Assembly (NCBI GenBank): GCA_964413595.1
Contig: CAYPSR010000001.1
Span: 1-63,182, forward strand
DNA: 63,182 bases
Source of the DNA: an uncultured Candidatus Saccharibacteria bacterium
Lineage (GTDB): Bacteria > Patescibacteriota > UBA1384 > DATEAH01 > CAYPSR01
Reading direction: 5' to 3'
Below the pieces are notes generated by a model. That model was not told where the DNA came from. It saw nothing but the letters and a program-made list of their open reading frames with translations, and did no database searches. Positions 16,560-23,909 of this stretch are shown piece by piece; positions within the stretch are counted from its first letter, which is position 1; each line of letters opens with the position of its first letter. A program made the position numbers and the translations under genes.

Positions 16560-18701
16560 ATGAATCAATCTCTTATGATCGGTCAAATTTTGACATTATC
16601 AAAATTTGCTGACAAGTATTTAGAAATTAAAATAGACAAAAATGAAAAAAGGGAGAAAGGAGAATCTTTATATTTTTTAATAGAAATTGATAGTCCATAC
16701 GAAGAAGTAATTCAAATTGCAAAAAAAATTATAGAAATGATTAGAAGCGAATTTTTTGCTTTGGATGGAGATCTAGAAGAAAGATTTGAAAAATCGCTTA
16801 AAAAAACAAATCTTTTTTTAGCGGAATTATCTCAACAAGGAAACAAAAACTGGATTGGAAAATTAAATTCTATAATCTGCACAATTTCAAATGATAGCCT
16901 AGTTATTACTTCAACAGGAAATGCAAAATCCTATCTTTTCAGAGCAGGGAATTTTAGTCAAATTATTGAAGATGAAGAACAAACCCAACCAGCACTTAAA
17001 ACATATGGATCCTTAGTTTCTGGTTCTATTAAACCATCTGACAAGCTTTTATTTACCACCCAGGGCTTAATTAACAATGTTCCTTTTCACAAGATTAAAC
17101 AAATCGTCAACGATTTTGATCCAATAACCGCAGTAAATGAAATTGCTTCAATATTAAAACACCAAAAAACCAAAGATGTTAATTTAATGCTGGTAGAGTC
17201 TGTTCCTAAGGAAAAAGCTGCATATTCACCACCCGAAGACAAAAAGCCCATTGTTTATCTAGACCAAAAAGAACCAAGCGCACTTACAAAGATATTTAAT
17301 TTTAAATCTGCAAAAGAAAAAATTCGGAAAACGGATTTTAGGGTTCAAAGAAATGCTTCAAAATCAATTGGTCTTTTTCTGAAAAAACTTTTAACAAACT
17401 TGGGATATTACGTAATCTGGATTGGCAGACAACTCAAATTAGGTTCAAAAGATTTTCAAGAAACTAAAAGAAATATTGTTAAAGAAAACATCCGCAAAAA
17501 AGCTCAATATAAAGATTGGGAGAATTTTATTGAAAAGCCTCAAAAATCTTCTTTCGCTTCAATATTTTTTAAAAGTATTTTTATATTTATTGGAAAATTG
17601 TTTATTACGCTTTTCAAACCTGAAAATAGAAAAAAATTAATAGGACTTTTAGTAATAATTGTTATAATAGTAGTATTTTTTGTTACAAGATCTTTAACAA
17701 CTGGAAGTGCTAACAATGGCCAGTTTTCTAAATTTGAAAATGACCTTCTAACTTCGATTGATAACAATATTGCTCAAGCAAAACTAAATATATCTTTGGG
17801 CAAAAAAGATATTGCCAAAACCCAACTAGAACAAGCATTGTCCGATGCACAGAAATTATCTGATGGCGATAAAAAAAACAAATTACTAAATACCATCAAT
17901 GAAAACCTAGATCTAATTAATGGAGTGCTAAGAATTAAAACCACAGAAATGATAAGCACTGATGCAAGTGCTATAAAATTGACTTCAGCATCTTTAGTTT
18001 TGTCAAACAATAATCTATATGATTTTAAAACTAATGGACAAATATATCTAACAGATATTTCTAAAAAAGATCTACAAAATATTGCCAATGTTGACAGCAA
18101 AAAATACGGAAAAGTTAAAAATGTCAAACAAATTAGTGATATGTTTATAATATTAACAGAAAACGAAAAAATTCTTGAATTTAATATAAGCACAAAAGAA
18201 ATTAGTGAAGCATCCTTAGAAATCGGTGACTGGCCAAAAGCAATAGACTTAGATATTTATGCTAAAAGAATGTATTTGCTCGCCCCGTATGATAATCAAA
18301 TATATAGACATGTTCAAACACCAACTGCTTGGCAAAAACCTCAAGGAATCATTACATCAGATCTTGATTTATCAAGTTATTATTCAGTGGCAATAGATGG
18401 TGATGTATATCTATTAAATGATAATGAAATCAAAAAAATAATCTTTGGGAAAGTTGATGACAGATTTAAATTAACAGGTGTTGATTTTACAAAAATCGTT
18501 CCACTTAAAATTTATACAAACGATACAATTAATAACCTCTATGTTTTAACAGACAAGGGATCTATACTTCAATTAACAAAAGACGGGCAATATCAAAGAG
18601 AAATTGTTATTGATAATCAAAAGATTAATAGCTTTTATTTCGCTGATAATAATGTTTTATATATTTCAACCGACAAAGGACTTGAAAAAATTGGAATTTA
18701 A
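16560..18701 (+). CDS. membrane protein with an N-terminal PP2C-like (probably inactive) domain, one TM helix and a C-terminal beta-rich repeat domain
   Basis: 'NDSLVITSTGNAKSYLFRAGNFSQIIEDEE' parallels PP2C 'vanvGDSRaYl.r.g.l.qlt.D', with Asn/Ala in place of Asp/Ser. TM helix 'LIGLLVIIVIIVVFFV'. Confidence 0.45.
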   Translation: MNQSLMIGQILTLSKFADKYLEIKIDKNEKREKGESLYFLIEIDSPYEEVIQIAKKIIEMIRSEFFALDGDLEERFEKSLKKTNLFLAELSQQGNKNWIGKLNSIICTISNDSLVITSTGNAKSYLFRAGNFSQIIEDEEQTQPALKTYGSLVSGSIKPSDKLLFTTQGLINNVPFHKIKQIVNDFDPITAVNEIASILKHQKTKDVNLMLVESVPKEKAAYSPPEDKKPIVYLDQKEPSALTKIFNFKSAKEKIRKTDFRVQRNASKSIGLFLKKLLTNLGYYVIWIGRQLKLGSKDFQETKRNIVKENIRKKAQYKDWENFIEKPQKSSFASIFFKSIFIFIGKLFITLFKPENRKKLIGLLVIIVIIVVFFVTRSLTTGSANNGQFSKFENDLLTSIDNNIAQAKLNISLGKKDIAKTQLEQALSDAQKLSDGDKKNKLLNTINENLDLINGVLRIKTTEMISTDASAIKLTSASLVLSNNNLYDFKTNGQIYLTDISKKDLQNIANVDSKKYGKVKNVKQISDMFIILTENEKILEFNISTKEISEASLEIGDWPKAIDLDIYAKRMYLLAPYDNQIYRHVQTPTAWQKPQGIITSDLDLSSYYSVAIDGDVYLLNDNEIKKIIFGKVDDRFKLTGVDFTKIVPLKIYTNDTINNLYVLTDKGSILQLTKDGQYQREIVIDNQKINSFYFADNNVLYISTDKGLEKIGI

Positions 18702-18812
18702 ATTGGTTGAATAGTTAAATTGATAACTTGTTAATTAATTACTTGGATAAAACTGTTTTAAAAATGATTTTCTAAACAGTATGATATTTTCCAAATATTA
18801 AATCATATGGTT

Positions 18813-19013
18813 TTATTTATCATCAATTATCCCACATAGACGCAAATAAAATTGTTCTCGTTGCCACACGGCGCATTTGCCACAATACCAAATAGGCTCT
18901 TCTAAATTATCCCCAACAACATATAGTTTAATGTCCTGTTGGGTATTACACCTAATGCAATATGGGGGAAATTCTAAATCTAGCCGCATTTGTGGTTCTT
19001 GTTCGTTTTTCAT
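18813..19013 (-). CDS. small zinc-ribbon-like protein (CxxC...CxxC), atypical composition
   Basis: 'YCIRCN' and 'YCGKCA'; 66 aa. Confidence 0.45.
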   Translation of the reverse strand: MKNEQEPQMRLDLEFPPYCIRCNTQQDIKLYVVGDNLEEPIWYCGKCAVWQREQFYLRLCGIIDDK

Positions 19014-19230
19014 ACAATTAAAATTATAGAAATTGGTATTTAGAACTAAAAATTAAATTGATTTGATAAGAATATTTTTAAACATTAACATGCGATCGTT
19101 TTTTAATATTTTTAATTTTGTAAACTATTAACTAGATCTAAACCATATTGTATATGGACGGCCGTCATTATTTAATATGGTTAATAATCTGACTGCATTC
19201 CACTATCCCCAAAAGTACATAAATGTTATT

Positions 19231-19446
19231 TTATTTTTCTCCTAAAATCATTTGCCCATGATCGCCAGCAGTATAAACTAATGGTTCATTAACTATTACT
19301 AGGGTCATATCAACATAAGTTTTTCCAACTAATATTCTTTCTAATTTCTCTAAAATTGCATGCCCACCGGCGATAGCCATAGTTACTTCTGGAGAATCCT
19401 CCGGATATCCCGGCCATTGATACATGAAATGAATTTTTTCTCTCAT
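19231..19446 (-). CDS. hypothetical protein, atypical composition
   Basis: 71 aa. The ATG directly abuts the upstream TAA (TAAATG). Confidence 0.5.
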   Translation of the reverse strand: MREKIHFMYQWPGYPEDSPEVTMAIAGGHAILEKLERILVGKTYVDMTLVIVNEPLVYTAGDHGQMILGEK

Positions 19447-19638
19447 TTAGGCTTTTAGTGTATTTAATAATGCACTTATGCCACGAGTTGATTCTTTTGC
19501 AAAATCTTCCCATCCTATCAAGGATGATAAATCAAAAGCACCAACTTCTCCAACTTCCGTGTTAAGAAATTCCCATAACTCACCCATAGTTTGAAAACTT
19601 TGTTTTTCGATTTGATTTGACGCTAATTCTCCTGGCAT
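19447..19638 (-). CDS. hypothetical acidic protein, atypical composition
   Basis: 63 aa; GAAAGGAAAAAT upstream of the ATG. Confidence 0.5.
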   Translation of the reverse strand: MPGELASNQIEKQSFQTMGELWEFLNTEVGEVGAFDLSSLIGWEDFAKESTRGISALLNTLKA

Positions 19639-19676
19639 ATTTTTCCTTTCTGCCCCTTTTAAAACAATTATTAATT

Positions 19677-20135
19677 TTAAATTGTTACTCTTCTTCTCAT
19701 ATCCTCATCTGTTGGAATTGTAGAATTATACCACTTATTAGCATTTTGTTCACTATTATGTATCTCTTCGCGTAATGTTTGAAATGTACCAATAAAGGGC
19801 CCTATATCTTCTTGAGTTTCTCCAGGAAAAAATGGCAAATCAATTTCGCGACAGATTTCTCTCAAACAATTTAGTTCTTGTGATATCTCCCAAATTCCTC
19901 TCAGTGCTTGATGCGATTGGTCTCTAAATTCTTTTTGTCCAGATTCAGGAACTTCCTGATATTCAGCAAGTAGTTGCAGTCTTAATAATTCTGCTAATCT
20001 CAAAATGTTTTCTTGATTTGGTTCCAAGCCCTGAATTTCAATCAGAAGATCTTCGTCCAATTTCGGCAATATCTTTTCTAAGATTACACCAAGATGTTCA
20101 TATCTTCTAACTGCATATTGAATGACCGCATCCAT
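19677..20135 (-). CDS. hypothetical acidic helical protein, atypical composition
   Basis: 152 aa. No SD; the start is overlapped by a 40-61 codon upstream ORF. Confidence 0.5.
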   Translation of the reverse strand: MDAVIQYAVRRYEHLGVILEKILPKLDEDLLIEIQGLEPNQENILRLAELLRLQLLAEYQEVPESGQKEFRDQSHQALRGIWEISQELNCLREICREIDLPFFPGETQEDIGPFIGTFQTLREEIHNSEQNANKWYNSTIPTDEDMRRRVTI

Positions 20136-20328
20136 ACCATATTCGCTGGATTCCCCAAAGCTTGATGGGTAATTAATGCTTTAACTCTTTTTTGATGGTG
20201 TGGCATAATAATTTTTCCTTTCTTGCCCGGATGCCCCAATAAAATCGTGGGCGTCGGGCTTCCCTCCAAAAATTTTTTATTTTTAAATTATATTTTTAAT
20301 TATTGATTTATTATTTATAATTTGCCTA

Positions 20329-22047
20329 TTACATCTTCTTCGGTGCGCTTATTCCCATTATACCCAAAACCTTTTTTAATGCAATTTGAGTTGCGCTGAG
20401 TAGTAAAATTCTAGATGCTTGAATATCTTTTTCAGCTTTTAAAATTGGGCATTTTTCGTAAAAACTATGAAATGCTCGCGCTAGTTCAATTGAATAAGTT
20501 GTTAATTTATGAACTTGAAAAGACTTTGAAATGTCTTCAATTAATTCTGGCAACTCTAAAATCTTTTTCGCCAGTTCTTTTTCAGCTGATTCATTTAATA
20601 TGATCGTTTTAACTTGCGGTTTTTCAATTCTTTTATGGTTTGCGGATTGTTTTCCTATTTTATTTAAAATTGATGAAATCCGAGCATTCGCATATTGCAC
20701 ATAAGGACCGGTGTCTCCTGTTAAATTAATTGATTCATCAATATCAAATTCTATTTTGTTCGTAGCCGAATTATTCAGCATTTGAAATTTTATAGCTCCA
20801 ATCCCAATTCTCTTTGCATAAGAAACATTGGAATACTGATTTGTTATTTTTGACACAACATCATCTATTAAGCTCTTCGCGGAAATAATATTACCTTTTC
20901 TAGAAGCCATACTGCCTTGTTTTTTCAAAGTTACAAATTCATAGCCATAATGAACCATTTCTTCTTTAAAACCATACAGCTCTAAAATTTTGAATAATTG
21001 ATCAAAATACAAACTTTGACGAACGTCTACTATATATATACTCTTTTTTATATTATATTTTTCAAATTTCTTCTTAGCTAAAGGGATATCTTTCAATCCA
21101 TACAAGACACTTCCATCTTTTCTCATTAATACTAAAACACCCAATCCATATTTTTCTAAATTTGCAATTATTGCGCCCTGACTTTTTTTTGCGATTCCTT
21201 TTTTTAATAGTTCTGGAAGTATTTTTTTACCTTCTTTCTCCTCTTCGCTTTCATAAAAATATACATCAAACTTAACGCCCAATTCCTTGTAAATTTCTTC
21301 AAATTCATCTAATGACCATTTTCTAGTTTTTTTCCACAAAGCAACTAAATTAGAATCTCCATTATCAAACTTTTTCTGGGTTTGTTTAAATTCTTTTTCA
21401 TACTTAGGATTTTTTTCAATTTTCTGAGTAGCTTCCGTATATACTGATCCTAAAAATTCAGCTTTGTTTTTTATTTTATCCAAAGCTTCACCTTTATGAA
21501 ATTTTATTAACCCCCACAAGCATTTTCCAATATGAGTTCCGGTATCTCCAATATAATTTGCAGCAATAACATCATAATTAGAATCGCGCAAAACATTTAC
21601 CAATGTGCTACCTATAAAAACATTTCGTAAGTGTCCTATGTGAAATTCTTTATGTGTATTTGGCTGAGAATATTCTACCATTATTTTTTCGCGTTTCCCT
21701 TTATCGTTCTGAAAATACCTTTCTCCTTTTTTCAAAACCTGGACAATTTGGCTCGACAAGTCTTCTGATTTTAAAAATATATTAATATATCCATTTACAA
21801 CTTCTATTTTCTCGAAAACTTGTTGTTGGGCTAATTTGTAAGCGATTTTTGTTGCAATTTCATCTGACGACATTTGTCGGTCTGAGCTTGTCGAAGACTT
21901 TCCTTTCGACGCCAATAAAAATGCAATATTAGTAGCATAGTCCCCCATCTCTTTTTTAGGAACCCCAAGTATCTGAAAATCAACCGCTGGATATTTTAGC
22001 AGTTTTAATGCGTTTTGAATTTGGGTTTTGATTTGAGCTTTGTTCAT
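20329..22047 (-). CDS. argS: arginine--tRNA ligase
   Basis: 'NTHKEFHIGHLRN' HIGH motif; C-terminal Met typical of ArgRS; 572 aa. Confidence 0.93.
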   Translation of the reverse strand: MNKAQIKTQIQNALKLLKYPAVDFQILGVPKKEMGDYATNIAFLLASKGKSSTSSDRQMSSDEIATKIAYKLAQQQVFEKIEVVNGYINIFLKSEDLSSQIVQVLKKGERYFQNDKGKREKIMVEYSQPNTHKEFHIGHLRNVFIGSTLVNVLRDSNYDVIAANYIGDTGTHIGKCLWGLIKFHKGEALDKIKNKAEFLGSVYTEATQKIEKNPKYEKEFKQTQKKFDNGDSNLVALWKKTRKWSLDEFEEIYKELGVKFDVYFYESEEEKEGKKILPELLKKGIAKKSQGAIIANLEKYGLGVLVLMRKDGSVLYGLKDIPLAKKKFEKYNIKKSIYIVDVRQSLYFDQLFKILELYGFKEEMVHYGYEFVTLKKQGSMASRKGNIISAKSLIDDVVSKITNQYSNVSYAKRIGIGAIKFQMLNNSATNKIEFDIDESINLTGDTGPYVQYANARISSILNKIGKQSANHKRIEKPQVKTIILNESAEKELAKKILELPELIEDISKSFQVHKLTTYSIELARAFHSFYEKCPILKAEKDIQASRILLLSATQIALKKVLGIMGISAPKKM

Positions 22048-22103
22048 TGGTTTTTTCTACAAATAGTAAGGATTAATACAGATATACAGATTTTTATAAT
22101 ATT

Positions 22104-22192
22104 CTGTCATTCCTGCGGAAGCAGGAATCCAAGATAGATATTCTATTTGTATAGATTCCAAATAGCCGCCTTCGGCGTTCCACAATGACAAG
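22104..22192. repeat. MITE-like hairpin repeat, family A (tgtcattcc ... aatgaca ends)
   Basis: ctgtcattcctgcggaagcaggaatccaagatagata...tatagattccaaatagccgccttcggcgttccacaatgaca. Homologous to 23506-23607 and 49778-49853. Confidence 0.8.
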
Positions 22193-22206
22193 ATTATTAA
22201 TATTTT

Positions 22207-22283
22207 TATTGTTCGACTCCGACGAGGTCGGGTGGAGAACTAATCGTAAAAGTTCTCGACCCGCCTTGCTCTCTCGAACAATA
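22207..22283. repeat. hairpin repeat, family B, with perfect 10-bp terminal inverted repeat tattgttcga / tcgaacaata
   Basis: Internal hairpin gagaact-N9-agttctc. Related right halves at 61046-61074. gtcgagaac motifs at 29058-29066 and, as gtcgagaa, 58515-58522. Confidence 0.75.
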
Positions 22284-23489
22284 TTAATTTTTTATAATTT
22301 TACAAAATCTCCTCTTCCCAACCTGAACAACCATTCCATCATTAATTTCAATTTCCTCATTAAAATCAGTTTTTTTAATATTATCAATTTGCACCGCCGA
22401 TTGTTCTATTAATCTACGGATTTCAGAATTTGACGAAACTAATTTTGATTTTGCAATTAGATCTATTAATTTTAATTTTTCTTCTACTATTTTGATTTCA
22501 TCCATATTTTCCGGATTTTCATGTTTTGCAAAAACTCGCTCAAATTCTTCCTGTGCCTTTTTAGCATCTGATTCAGAATTCAGCATTCTTGTTAATTCAT
22601 AAGCCAGTTTCTTTTTAAATATCATTGGATTTTCACCTGCTTTAATTTTTTCTTCAATATTTTTAACTTCATCCATCGAAATTTCTGTGATATATTCAAA
22701 ACTTTTTACAATCACATCATCGCTCAAACTCATAATCATGCCATAAAAATCACTCGGATTTGCATCTAAGGCAATAGCATTTCCTTCTGTTTTACCAATT
22801 TTCTTTCCGCTTGAATCTGTCAAAAGAGGTACAGTCAATACAAACTTTTCCTTATTAAGCACCTTTTTCATTAATTTCCTACCCATCATCATATTAAACA
22901 TTTGATCATCACCACCAATTTCTAAATCAACATCCATCGCAACAGAATCATGGGCCTGAAGCATCGGATAAATTAATTCATTAAGAAACACATCTTGCCC
23001 CGCTTTTTGTCTTTTCTGAAAAAGATCTCTTTCAATTATTTGAGAATATGTGAATTGATTAGTCAACTGTGCGAAATCTAATGCACTCATTTTGTCATAC
23101 CACTCACTATTAAATTTAATTTCAACAGGATTTTTTCCATCAAAATCTAGAATTCTACTTGCTTGTTTTTTGTAATTTTTTGCATTATTTTCCACTTCTT
23201 CACTAGAGATTTTTGCTCTACCGCCAGATTTTCCAGAAGGATCACCAATTGTTGCCGTCAAATCCCCAATTAAAAAAATAACTTTGTGCCCTAATTTTTG
23301 GAATTGTCGTAACTTCATCAATCCAACCATATGTCCGATATGTAAATCAGGACCAGTTGGATCAAATCCTTGGTATAATTTTAATTTCTTTCCAGATAAA
23401 AGCTCGCTTTCTAAAGCATTTTTTGATGGATAAATATTTTCAACTCCACGGGTTAAAAGTTCTTCAATTTTCGATTTTTTATCAGTCAT
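22284..23489 (-). CDS. tyrS: tyrosine--tRNA ligase
   Basis: 'GFDPTGPDLHIGHMVG', 'KIGKTEG' (KMSKS-like), C-terminal S4-like 'SEIRRLIEQSAVQIDN'. GGAGG SD. Confidence 0.93.
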   Translation of the reverse strand: MTDKKSKIEELLTRGVENIYPSKNALESELLSGKKLKLYQGFDPTGPDLHIGHMVGLMKLRQFQKLGHKVIFLIGDLTATIGDPSGKSGGRAKISSEEVENNAKNYKKQASRILDFDGKNPVEIKFNSEWYDKMSALDFAQLTNQFTYSQIIERDLFQKRQKAGQDVFLNELIYPMLQAHDSVAMDVDLEIGGDDQMFNMMMGRKLMKKVLNKEKFVLTVPLLTDSSGKKIGKTEGNAIALDANPSDFYGMIMSLSDDVIVKSFEYITEISMDEVKNIEEKIKAGENPMIFKKKLAYELTRMLNSESDAKKAQEEFERVFAKHENPENMDEIKIVEEKLKLIDLIAKSKLVSSNSEIRRLIEQSAVQIDNIKKTDFNEEIEINDGMVVQVGKRRFCKIIKN

Positions 23490-23505
23490 TTTACCTCCAA
23501 AAAAA

Positions 23506-23607
23506 TTGTCATTCCCGATTTAGTCGGGAATCCCTGCCTACCGGCAGGCAAGATAGAATCTATCATATAGATTCCGGATAGCCACCTTCGGCGTTCCGGA
23601 ATGACAA
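23506..23607. repeat. MITE-like hairpin repeat, family A (full copy)
   Basis: ttgtcattcccgatttagtcgggaatccc...aagatagaatctatcatatagattccggatagccaccttcggcgttccggaatgacaa. Confidence 0.8.
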
Positions 23608-23909
23608 TCATGTTTGGCTAGAAATTAATTATTATTAATGTTATTATGAACAGCGCGATATTAAATCACGTTATTTACATTATATCTTTACAGGCTTATA
23701 ATGTAAATATAGGGTAATTAATTCAAAACTTTAAAATCAAAATTAAAGTGTTATCAAACGGTCAGCAACAATATATATTTGTAATACCTGTACTTATTAG
23801 TCCCGATGATTTGGCAAGGCCAAATATGCGGGATCCCGATTAGCATAATAGATAGTAGAATATCGGGATAAATTTGTAGGACTAAAAGGCACAAAGATAT
23901 TTCTTTGAA

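Noticed and set aside
17540-18193. Minus-strand and same-strand overlapping ORFs inside longer genes (17540..17767, 17774..18193, 19310..19513, 25340..25546, 26020..26208, 28674..28880, 30067..30255, 52991..53251, 57019..57234, 57966..58202, 58040..58276)
   Set aside because: They are fully nested in ORFs that carry recognisable domains or are longer and more coherent. Their translations look like frame shadows.
20084-20269. 61-codon ORF upstream of and overlapping 19677..20135, as a separate gene
   Set aside because: The track start is a TTG inside a GC-rich hairpin-like segment, and the internal ATG version is only 40 codons with a weak SD. It may be a leader peptide or noise, and I cannot support it as a gene.
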